Shown here: positions 9,802 to 17,473 of the stretch, piece by piece | Layout of the letters: every line of letters begins with the position of its first letter | How positions within the stretch are numbered: the first letter of the stretch is position 1 | Assembly (NCBI GenBank): GCA_964355175.1 | Contig: CAYHBZ010000001.1 | Coordinates: 439,400-503,399 of the forward strand | DNA from: an uncultured Gammaproteobacteria bacterium | Lineage (GTDB): Bacteria; Patescibacteriota; Patescibacteriia; Magasanikbacterales; GWA2-37-8 | Length of the DNA: 64,000 nt | Reading direction: 5' to 3' | Position numbers and translations under genes: made by a program | Notes under the pieces: generated by a model | The model's input: only the letters and a program-made list of their open reading frames with translations | Database searches by the model: none | What the model was told of the DNA's origin: nothing

Positions 9802-10311
9802 TTACAACTCGAAACCACAAGGAAAGAAGTCGGCCATGGTACCGATGACGATCTGGCCGTTATCCTGAAGACAGAGAAAACGGATATTTCCGCCACCATA
9901 CTGGCTGAGCAGGCCGCGACAATGTCCACACGGCGTGTATCGAACGTCCGAGAGACTGACGATCGGCACCATGGTGTATTGAGGCGGACTGACAATACGC
10001 TTACTGCTCGGTCCAAGAGCGATAGCAACGGTATCGCAGAGCGCCCTGGGACCAAGAGCGCCGATCATCGCGGCCAGCGTGGCCGCTTCGGCGTGAATGG
10101 TGCTCGTCTGAGCATGATCTTCTACATTACAGCCATAGAACATGCGATCAACCCCGACAGGACGCAACGCCGCTCCCACCATGAACTGCGACACCGGCAC
10201 ACTCGCATGCTCACGCGCACGAATGGCTCGAGCCAGAAGCACACGATCAGCTTCGGACATTTCATCCCAGACACACACCCGCACACTACCTGTAATCTCA
10301 ATCGTCCGCAT
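9802..10311 (-). CDS. cdd: Cytidine deaminase family protein (GC-rich)
   Basis: S.F.VGAAL, GCNVE, HAE and PCGHCR Zn motifs. Confidence 0.85.
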   Translation of the reverse strand: MRTIEITGSVRVCVWDEMSEADRVLLARAIRAREHASVPVSQFMVGAALRPVGVDRMFYGCNVEDHAQTSTIHAEAATLAAMIGALGPRALCDTVAIALGPSSKRIVSPPQYTMVPIVSLSDVRYTPCGHCRGLLSQYGGGNIRFLCLQDNGQIVIGTMADFFPCGFEL

Positions 10312-10445
10312 TGCTATACTCCCAACCAGCCAGTTGATTGCTGATTTGCGGGCATACTAACATATATTTTAAAAAATGCAATGATTATACATTGGACAAT
10401 AAAAATCATAATTGATAGAATATGGCTATATAAATTCTAAAAAAT

Positions 10446-10775
10446 ATGGCTAAACAATATTTTGAATTAAAAAAAGATCAATATCGAAAAAATCGTGGAG
10501 GTTATTCACGCTTTCTAAATATTTTTTGTGACAGTTGTAGCGCGCATTTGGCTCTATATCAAAAAGATGGTCCAGGTGAACTAAAAAGAATGTACCTCGA
10601 CAGAATTTTGGCGCCAAAAATTAAAAAAAATAAAACTATGGACTTCAAATGCTCCGCTTGTCAAAAAGTTGTCGGAACTTTCTATAATTATAAAAAAGAA
10701 GATCGACCGGCAATCCGTTTGTACCAAGGATCGGTAATAAAAAAAGTCGGAATTGGAATTTATCCTTTAAAATAA
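10446..10775 (+). CDS. Zn-ribbon protein (YQKDGPG family), AT-rich copy
   Basis: CDSC and CSAC pairs; clear homolog of 13157..13522. Confidence 0.85.
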   Translation: MAKQYFELKKDQYRKNRGGYSRFLNIFCDSCSAHLALYQKDGPGELKRMYLDRILAPKIKKNKTMDFKCSACQKVVGTFYNYKKEDRPAIRLYQGSVIKKVGIGIYPLK

Positions 10776-10783
10776 ATAGCGTA

Positions 10784-10820
10784 AAAAAACAATGCCTACT
10801 GAATTGGCATTGTTTTTTAT
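10784..10820. terminator. Bidirectional terminator between convergent units
   Basis: AAAAAACAATGCC TACTGAATT GGCATTGTTTTTT. Confidence 0.65.
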
Positions 10821-10922
10821 TTTAAAGACACAATACAAATATTATGTTCTTAATACGGGGTCTGCAGATGCGGCTACAGATTATCCCCTCCCTTTTCCTT
10901 TTGTGAAATGACCGCATTCAAA

Positions 10923-11486
10923 TTAGAACGACTGGATGTAGTTGGTGAAAATCGCTTGCGCGATTCGACTGATCTGACCCTCTTGCGAGACGATCTCATA
11001 GTCGTAATCACCGACATACCCCAAAGCCCAGAAACGCTCCAGCTCCTTTTGCGCGCTAGCGAAACGCGCACCGTCGGCATCCCGACCGTCTTTTCCCAAA
11101 CGCTGACGAAGCACGTCGAGCGAAGGCGGAGAAACGTAGATCGAGAACAGTTGACCAGGGAATGCCTGCTTCATGATCGACAGTCGATCGATCGGCCAGT
11201 CCAGCACCGGGAATTTCTCGGCGGACAGAGCCGCTTCAATCGGCAACCTCGGCGTCCCGTAAAGGATTCCGCCGAAGAGTTCGTTGACCACGAGCAGTTC
11301 GCCACGTTGCGACATTGCATCCATCTGGCTACGGCTCACCGAAACCTTATTCCTCTCTCCTTCCCGAAGCGGACGAGTCATGTAGGGACAGATGTAGACG
11401 AAGCGGTCGTCGAGTTTCGACAACTCGTCGATGACAGCACTCTTGCCCACGCCCGACGGACCCAGCAACAGCATGAACCTGCTCAT
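10923..11486 (-). CDS. Guanylate-kinase-like nucleotide kinase (divergent, GC-rich)
   Basis: GPSGVGKS P-loop, TRPLREGE, YGT, PPSLDVLRQRL; ATG overlaps the pyrF stop (TGATG), AGGAGG SD. Confidence 0.85.
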   Translation of the reverse strand: MSRFMLLLGPSGVGKSAVIDELSKLDDRFVYICPYMTRPLREGERNKVSVSRSQMDAMSQRGELLVVNELFGGILYGTPRLPIEAALSAEKFPVLDWPIDRLSIMKQAFPGQLFSIYVSPPSLDVLRQRLGKDGRDADGARFASAQKELERFWALGYVGDYDYEIVSQEGQISRIAQAIFTNYIQSF

Positions 11487-12322
11487 CACTTCCTCCTTTC
11501 CAGGTTGAGAGCTTCTTTCGTCGTGACCGTAGCCATTTGAACGGCTGTTTGCCACGACTCAGAAGCGCCTGGATAGAGCAGGCCGCGAGAAGAGTTCACG
11601 AAGACGCCGAGACCTTCCGAGTTGAGCAGTTTGCCCAGATCCTGGTAGCTTCCACCTTGAGCACCGACACCGGCGAGCAGGATCGGCATGTTGTTCGGGA
11701 TGAGCGGGCGGATATTGTTCATATCCAACCCTGCCGTCGAGGACAACACGGGGATCATGTTACCGTTGCGATTCCAACGATTCACCACCAGGTCCAGCAT
11801 GTACTGCCAGAGCATGCGACCGTCATGGAGACGGACATCCTGAACAACACCGCCGGAGATGTTGCTCGTCTTGACGAGTACAACGACAGACTTGTCTTTG
11901 AGCTCCATGAGCGGTTCGATGACATCGTCCCCCATGTAGGGGTTCACGACGACACCGTCCGCCTGGATCTCTCCAAACAGGTTGTCGATGTAGGCCGCCA
12001 TAGTGTTCTCGATATCGCCGATCTTGCAATCGACAATCACGGGAACTCCCGGCAAAGTGCGATGGACGTAGTGGACGATCTCCTTGAGTACATCATGTCC
12101 ACCGGACATGAGATCGAAGAACGCCTTCTGCGCCTTGAACGCACAGACATGTGGACCAGTAGCATCCACGGCTCCCTGCAGAAACGCCAGAACCTTTTCT
12201 TCCTTGCTCCCGGGCTGTTCCAGCACTGCGCGCGGCAGTTTGGAAAAATCCGGATCAAGGCCGGCGCACAATAGAGTGCCCTGCTCGCGCATACGCGCGA
12301 AGAGTTGCTGATTCGCAATCAT
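11486..12322 (-). CDS. pyrF: Orotidine-5'-phosphate decarboxylase, second GC-rich copy
   Basis: LCAGLDP, FK, DCKIGDIENT, NPYMG, KTSN, GVGAQGG, NSSR. Confidence 0.9.
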   Translation of the reverse strand: MIANQQLFARMREQGTLLCAGLDPDFSKLPRAVLEQPGSKEEKVLAFLQGAVDATGPHVCAFKAQKAFFDLMSGGHDVLKEIVHYVHRTLPGVPVIVDCKIGDIENTMAAYIDNLFGEIQADGVVVNPYMGDDVIEPLMELKDKSVVVLVKTSNISGGVVQDVRLHDGRMLWQYMLDLVVNRWNRNGNMIPVLSSTAGLDMNNIRPLIPNNMPILLAGVGAQGGSYQDLGKLLNSEGLGVFVNSSRGLLYPGASESWQTAVQMATVTTKEALNLERRK

Positions 12323-13132
12323 TTACCCCTCCTGGATGTGAAGGCCTTGATGGTTGAGGTGTTGGCCCTTGGCGGCCAAATGGCGAGCGGTATGCTCGGT
12401 GGCCGGCACGATCACCGGCACGAGCTGGTCGCTAACCTTGTAGCCGTTTTCGCCAAAGACTGTAGCCTTGTAGGGGTTGTTGGTCGCCAGATCAATAGCA
12501 CACGAAGACGGCACCTCGAAGAATTTGAGGATGCAGACGACGCCGGAGTAGGTCCGGACATCGATGACGCCACCAGGTGCCAAGAGGCTGGCCGACTCGA
12601 CCGTGTTCACCTTGAGCTGTTCTTGAAGCCAGAGGGTAGCGAGCTTGAAGGTCAAGCCCATCCCCCGGCCATCTTGACGCGGGATGTTCACGATCATACC
12701 TTCCCCGACCTCGGCGAGCGTCTGCATAGCCAGCTTGAGTTGCTGACAGCATTCGCACGTCCGATCGCCGAAGACCTGGCCGGTTTCGCATCCCGAATCG
12801 GTACGCAAAACCAACCGTTCCTTCCGCTTGAAGACGGGGTTGAGGGTATTGAGGTCGATCTCGCCCCGAAGCAGCACGGAGTATTTCTCCCACTGGTCGT
12901 CGATGGCGAAATTGTACTGCCAAAACGACCCGAACTCGGTGTTGAGAACGCCGAGACCACGACGCTCCACGAAGTAGAAACGCCTGTCTCCAGCCTCCAC
13001 GACATCGATGCGCTTCTGCACCGGCTGCATAGAGCTCTGGACGAGAGCGATGAACTTCTCAACTTCCTGAGGGGACATGCCCGACTTGGCAATGATCTTG
13101 ATCATGTCGGGCGGGGGAACGCTGATAGCCAT
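12323..13132 (-). CDS. GTP cyclohydrolase II (RibA)-like protein with altered active site
   Basis: RTDSGCETGQVFGDRTCEC (three Zn Cys), QDGRGMGL, NTVE, DVR, TNNPYK. Confidence 0.85.
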   Translation of the reverse strand: MAISVPPPDMIKIIAKSGMSPQEVEKFIALVQSSMQPVQKRIDVVEAGDRRFYFVERRGLGVLNTEFGSFWQYNFAIDDQWEKYSVLLRGEIDLNTLNPVFKRKERLVLRTDSGCETGQVFGDRTCECCQQLKLAMQTLAEVGEGMIVNIPRQDGRGMGLTFKLATLWLQEQLKVNTVESASLLAPGGVIDVRTYSGVVCILKFFEVPSSCAIDLATNNPYKATVFGENGYKVSDQLVPVIVPATEHTARHLAAKGQHLNHQGLHIQEG

Positions 13133-13156
13133 GGCTATCCTCCTGATGCTTGATGG

Positions 13157-13522
13157 TTACAGATTGGTCGGCGGGTACATCCCGTCGCTCTTCTTCTTGC
13201 CGAAGGAGCCGGGCACCATACGGAAAGCCAGACGATTTTCCGGTTCGTACACCATGGGGGTGGCGATGAGCACATTGCACTGAGGGCAGAGCAGGTTGGG
13301 CAGCGCCTTCTTGTCGAGGGCCTTGCCCTTCAACTCGGCCAAAGTCGGCGGAGCGAAGATGCGATCGACATACATGCGCAAGAGCGCGCCAGGGCCGTCC
13401 TTTTGGTAAAGGGCGACATGGGCGTGGCAAGCGCAGCAGACGATGTTGAGGAAGCGAGAATCGCCTCCACGAGCCCGCGAGTAGCTGTCCCGCTTGGCCT
13501 GAAACTTGATTGGTTCGGTCAT
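13157..13522 (-). CDS. Zn-ribbon protein (YQKDGPG family), GC-rich copy heading the operon
   Basis: CCAC and CPQC pairs, RGGxSRFLNI, LYQKDGPG, RMYxDRI. Confidence 0.85.
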   Translation of the reverse strand: MTEPIKFQAKRDSYSRARGGDSRFLNIVCCACHAHVALYQKDGPGALLRMYVDRIFAPPTLAELKGKALDKKALPNLLCPQCNVLIATPMVYEPENRLAFRMVPGSFGKKKSDGMYPPTNL

Positions 13523-13648
13523 GGTTCCTCTGTTAGGTGAGAGTGGATGGTTGTTTGAGCTTTTGGTTAATCATTCATTATCAAAGAACCGGCCCTAGAC
13601 TACCACAATTTTTTGTTTTAAGCAAGGGTACGAGCTATTAATAAATTT

Positions 13649-15406
13649 CTAAAATTTTTGTTTATTCCATAATTCAAAAAATCTACCTTTCTCTTCCATC
13701 AAACTTTTAAAATAACCAGTCTCAATTAATTCTCCATTTTCGAGCAATAAAATTTTATCCATTTCTTGGATAGTGGTGAGGCGATGCGCAATCACTATTG
13801 CCGTCACTTCTTGAAAAAATTTATGCAGTGAATCTTTTATTTTTTCTTCGGATTCCAGATCCAAATGAGAAGTAGCTTCATCCAAAAATAAAATATCCGG
13901 CTTTTTAAAAATCGCTCGGGCAATACCGACTCTCTGCTTTTCTCCACCAGACAACTTTACACCCTTTTCCCCTATCAAAGTATCTAGACCTTCTGGCAAT
14001 TTCGACATGAAATCCGTAATATGAGCCACACCCACAGCCATTTGCAAACGCTCTTTGGACTCTATATTACCGCCGGCCATAATAATATTTTCTTTAAGAG
14101 AAAAATTTAAAACTTCTGTATCCTGCAAAACCACGGCCGTATTTTGGTAAAACGAACTCTTTTTAATTTTGCGGATGGAAATATTGTCGAGCAAAATATC
14201 GCCGGTAAAATTTTCGTACTCCTTGAGCAATAATTTAAACAAGGTGGATTTGCCGGCTCCAGATAATCCCACTATTCCAACTCTTTGCCCGCGTTTGATC
14301 TCAAAGGAAATATTCTTTAACACCGCGCGATCACCGTAAGAAAAAGAAACATTTTTAAATTGAATAGTCTGCCAATTGATTGGAAAATTTATTTTGTTGG
14401 CATCGTTGTCGATCAAAACTTTTTCGTTTAAAACATCTTTTAGACGGCTGACATGATATCTGGCTACTACCAATTCCTGAGAAACGTGGGAGAGCTCCTC
14501 TGCCGAAGTGCGCAGGTTGATAAAATAAAGATTAAACAGCAACAAAAATCCCAAATCATAACGCCCCGCCGCAATACCAAAAGCTATTAAAACCATGGCG
14601 CCGACGCGAAAAAAATGTGACCAATTGCTTTGGATAAAAATTTTGACGGCAAAAATATTAATACGTCTGGCTGTGCTTTTATAAACCTTATCAGCGTAGT
14701 TTCCCAACTTAGGAAAAAGCTGACCAAACATACCCATTACTTTGATACTGCGAATATTGTTGAGAATTTCAAAAGACAGACCATGCAAATCTTCTTCTTG
14801 GCGACTTACTTCCTTAGCTGCGGCCACCACCCGTCTACTTATCGGCATTACCGCCGTGAGATAGGTGACTAAAAATACAAGCACAATCAAAGCCACGCGC
14901 CAATCGATAAAATACAAAATAATTATCATGCCGACAAAGTTGACCCCAATTTCAATCAAATTGTTTATCCAAATTCGCAAAGAGGTTTCTATGCCAAGCC
15001 CGCCACTCTCGATGCATTTGAGGCGATTGCCGGTATTTTCTTTTTCATGCCAAGCAATATCTAGCAGACTGATATGACGAAACGCGTTTACCTGAGTTTC
15101 CAAATTTACTTTTTTGCCAACCTTACTACAAAGAAATTTGCCGGCTTGACGAACATTGTTGGAATAGATATAGGCCAGAGTCCAGATAATAAGTATATAC
15201 CAAAAAGGCTTCAAAGAATCGCCGGGATTATAGTGATTGAAAAAAGAAATAACTTTGGCCAAAGCCAAAGAGGTGTATAGGTAAATGCCGTCGGCGCTCA
15301 AACGCAACAAAGTGGCTAACCAAAATTTACCCTTTTGATTACCCAGAGAGCTATAAACATCGGAAGCAAGAGAGAAATAGGAGTAGTCGGTTTTTGAATT
15401 CTTCAT
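13649..15406 (-). CDS. ABC exporter, fused permease/ATPase (MdlB/MsbA-like)
   Basis: N-terminal TM domain; GLSGAGKST, LSGGEKQR, LFLDEATS, IAHRL. Confidence 0.92.
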   Translation of the reverse strand: MKNSKTDYSYFSLASDVYSSLGNQKGKFWLATLLRLSADGIYLYTSLALAKVISFFNHYNPGDSLKPFWYILIIWTLAYIYSNNVRQAGKFLCSKVGKKVNLETQVNAFRHISLLDIAWHEKENTGNRLKCIESGGLGIETSLRIWINNLIEIGVNFVGMIIILYFIDWRVALIVLVFLVTYLTAVMPISRRVVAAAKEVSRQEEDLHGLSFEILNNIRSIKVMGMFGQLFPKLGNYADKVYKSTARRINIFAVKIFIQSNWSHFFRVGAMVLIAFGIAAGRYDLGFLLLFNLYFINLRTSAEELSHVSQELVVARYHVSRLKDVLNEKVLIDNDANKINFPINWQTIQFKNVSFSYGDRAVLKNISFEIKRGQRVGIVGLSGAGKSTLFKLLLKEYENFTGDILLDNISIRKIKKSSFYQNTAVVLQDTEVLNFSLKENIIMAGGNIESKERLQMAVGVAHITDFMSKLPEGLDTLIGEKGVKLSGGEKQRVGIARAIFKKPDILFLDEATSHLDLESEEKIKDSLHKFFQEVTAIVIAHRLTTIQEMDKILLLENGELIETGYFKSLMEEKGRFFELWNKQKF

Positions 15407-15464
15407 ATATGCAAATATGCAAATTACTATAACATAATAAAATTCAAAAAACAAAGCTGAAAAC

Positions 15465-15502
15465 AAAAGACGCCTTTTGATGAAGGCGTCTTACAATGTG
15501 CA
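15465..15502. repeat. Direct repeat copy 1 (tRNA-Arg 3' flank plus terminator)
   Basis: AAAAGACGCCTTTTGATGAAGGCGTCTTACAATGTGCA, 36/38 identical to 16606-16643. Confidence 0.85.
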
Positions 15503-15561
15503 GAAGAACGGGTAAGGTGACAAATTATTTTAGATAATTTAAAATAAATTATTTTCTAAAT

Positions 15562-16491
15562 CTAGATATCTTTACGTTCCAGGATATTAAACCCATCCAA
15601 CACCGCATCACACAAAAAATTTTCTAATTGGCTATTATCTTTTTTAGTTTGGGCTTTATATAAAAAAGTATAATATAATCGTTTCTGTTGTTGGTGAATA
15701 ATGGCGGGGGCAAAATTATGTCGCAATAACATTGCCGTCATAAGCAAACGACCAACGCGCCCATTACCATCGGAAAAAGGATGCACCTGTTCAAACTGTC
15801 TGTGGATATCAGCCGATAATGAAATAATATCGCTATTTGATTTTGCGGCCAAAATAACTATCTCGTCAATCAATTTTGGCACACTCATAAAATTGGCAGT
15901 GGCTAAATTTACTCCCAAAATTCTCACGCCATGCCGACGATACAATCCGGCGTCAGATTGAATACCGTTCATCAAAATACTATGTAATTTTAAAATAAAA
16001 TTTTCGTCAATCTTTTTCTTTTTGAGGACATGCTCAAATAAATAATTCAAAGCAGTCTGGTGATTTTTTGCCTCCATTTGTTCGGCCAAACTTTTGTTGG
16101 GCAAGGCCACATTATCAAAAATAATAGCCGCGGTATCCGGCTCTGTCAAGGTACTCCCCTCGATACTATTACTATGGTAGGTCAACTTTAAAATAAACTG
16201 ATCACGGATATCCGGATTATCCAAAATTTCCTTCACAATATTTTTGTGTTCAGATGACTTTTTACTTAAAAATTGTTTTTTGGCAATTAATTGGGTGGCC
16301 GGAATAATTTTTTGACCGGTCATTTCTAAAAACAATTCATCTATGGCTATCTGCATTTTTACTCTTGGTACAGATTTTTCATTCCACCAATTATTGAAGG
16401 CCACAAAAGATACCCCCAGTTTATAGGCTATTTTAGTCTGAGTAAGACCAGACATTTTCTGAATTGTTTCAAGTTTTTGCTTGATTGTCAT
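15562..16491 (-). CDS. Fic family protein with N-terminal HTH
   Basis: HPFSDGNGRVGR Fic motif; SNSIEG inhibitory motif; XRE-like N-terminus (LTQTKIAYKLGVSFVAFNNW). Confidence 0.92.
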   Translation of the reverse strand: MTIKQKLETIQKMSGLTQTKIAYKLGVSFVAFNNWWNEKSVPRVKMQIAIDELFLEMTGQKIIPATQLIAKKQFLSKKSSEHKNIVKEILDNPDIRDQFILKLTYHSNSIEGSTLTEPDTAAIIFDNVALPNKSLAEQMEAKNHQTALNYLFEHVLKKKKIDENFILKLHSILMNGIQSDAGLYRRHGVRILGVNLATANFMSVPKLIDEIVILAAKSNSDIISLSADIHRQFEQVHPFSDGNGRVGRLLMTAMLLRHNFAPAIIHQQQKRLYYTFLYKAQTKKDNSQLENFLCDAVLDGFNILERKDI

Positions 16492-16500
16492 AATATAACC

Positions 16501-16550
16501 ATATTAGCAAACTTTATAAAGTTTGTCAAATACTCTGATTCTTTATAAAG
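16501..16550 (-). promoter_or_regulatory. fic promoter with palindromic operator(s)
   Basis: TTGACA(16529-24)-17-TAATAT(16506-01) with TG; perfect 18-bp palindrome CAAACTTTATAAAGTTTG at 16508-16525; core CTTTATAAAG repeated at 16541-16550. Confidence 0.75.
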
Positions 16551-16605
16551 TTATAAATAGTACGCCTGGAGTGGCAAACTCCATTTCTTCAGTTAGTTGA
16601 GATAA

Positions 16606-16643
16606 AAAAGACGCCTTTTGATGAAGGCGTCCTACATTGTGCA
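16606..16643. repeat. Direct repeat copy 2 (tRNA-Arg end and its terminator)
   Basis: Contains GACGCCTT/AAGGCGTC hairpin plus T-tract on the minus strand. Confidence 0.85.
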
Positions 16644-16711
16644 CTCATTAGGAGTCGAACCTAAATTTTCGGCTTCGCAGGCCAATGTCCTATCCATTGA
16701 ACGATGAGTGC
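16640..16711 (-). tRNA. tRNA-Arg(GCG)
   Basis: Cloverleaf GCACTCA/TGAGTGC acceptor, anticodon arm TTGGC-CTGCGAA-GCCGA, TTCGACT T-loop; CCA not encoded. Confidence 0.93.
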
Positions 16712-16770
16712 AAATTTAGCTTCAATACTGTACTAAAAAAAGTTGATTTTGTCAACTTTCTTAGTATTTT

Positions 16771-17274
16771 TTAAATTTTCATGATTCGGCCCATTCTGTC
16801 GCTGAGCGGCTCCTCCTCTTGTTCCAAATCCTCTTGCAAAAATTGATTCAAATAATCGCGAATCGGACGCGGATCAAAATCGTACAGAGGCACCTGAATG
16901 CGGTGATGCAACAGGCTATCCTGACTAAAATATAAATTTTTGGTAAAGGGCGGATTATAAATTATCCAAAAATTGTTTAATTCACTGTAGCGATAATACT
17001 TTTTGCCCACCACTATGCCGGTATTGGTAAGAGCGAAATACACTTCCATCGGCTCTACCATATCCTGCATAAATAAAATGATACCAAAAAGGACAGTGAT
17101 AAGCGCGAACAAATAATTGCCCGACACTACACCGTAGGCGACCATCGCGGCGCCAAGCAGTCCCATGGCTACGTACCAACCTTTTCCGCGTTCGTGCCGT
17201 TCGTATTCTTTCACACTCCATTCGTATTGCACGTTTCCGATATTGACGTCGGAATTTAAAATATTTTGCGACAT
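16771..17274 (-). CDS. Conserved hypothetical membrane protein (two TM helices plus PH-like beta domain)
   Basis: EYERHERGKGWY N-terminus, two hydrophobic helices, ...EEEPLSDRM C-terminus. Confidence 0.8.
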   Translation of the reverse strand: MSQNILNSDVNIGNVQYEWSVKEYERHERGKGWYVAMGLLGAAMVAYGVVSGNYLFALITVLFGIILFMQDMVEPMEVYFALTNTGIVVGKKYYRYSELNNFWIIYNPPFTKNLYFSQDSLLHHRIQVPLYDFDPRPIRDYLNQFLQEDLEQEEEPLSDRMGRIMKI

Positions 17275-17291
17275 ATTGAAAATTTGACCAG

Positions 17292-17365
17292 TGGATGATA
17301 CTGGATTTGAACCAGTGACCTTTGCAATGTGAATGCAACGCTCTAACCAACTGAGCTAATCATCC
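17292..17365 (-). tRNA. tRNA-Val(CAC)
   Basis: GGATGAT/ATCATCC acceptor, TTGCA-TTCACAT-TGCAA anticodon arm, TTCAAAT T-loop. Confidence 0.93.
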
Positions 17366-17473
17366 TAAAAAAGGATTACAAAGGGTTGTTTTCATATTAT
17401 CACATGGTAATAAAAAAATCAACTGAAAAAGGTTGCCAAATCACATTTTTTGTGCTATAATTTTTTTACTTCT

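Larger units (their letters stand above)
10900..13560. other. GC-rich four-gene island (probable horizontal acquisition)
   Basis: Roughly 55-60% GC by eye versus <40% in the flanks; SD-led coupled genes; no integrase or transposase seen. Confidence 0.7.

Noticed and set aside
9724-10344. 206 aa plus-strand ORF opposite cdd, and similar ORFs opposite 7303..7644
   Set aside because: Shadow ORFs in GC-rich DNA; the minus-strand frame carries the deaminase motifs and SD
12323-13132. Canonical ribA / riboflavin operon
   Set aside because: No ribB/D/E/H nearby and several conserved RibA residues are substituted, so the gene symbol was withheld
10908-13153. Long plus-strand ORFs 10908..11540, 11537..12274 and 12305..13153
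   Set aside because: They mirror the minus-strand genes codon for codon; this is the expected antisense shadow of high-GC3 genes, and they have no recognisable motifs
7240-13560. Integron cassette array explanation for the GC-rich genes
   Set aside because: Isolated GTTRRRY/RYYYAAC-like heptamers exist, but no paired attC structures follow the genes and there is no intI in the window
16982-17350. 122 aa minus-strand ORF overlapping tRNA-Val
   Set aside because: Starts inside the tRNA and overlaps the real 16771..17274 gene out of frame
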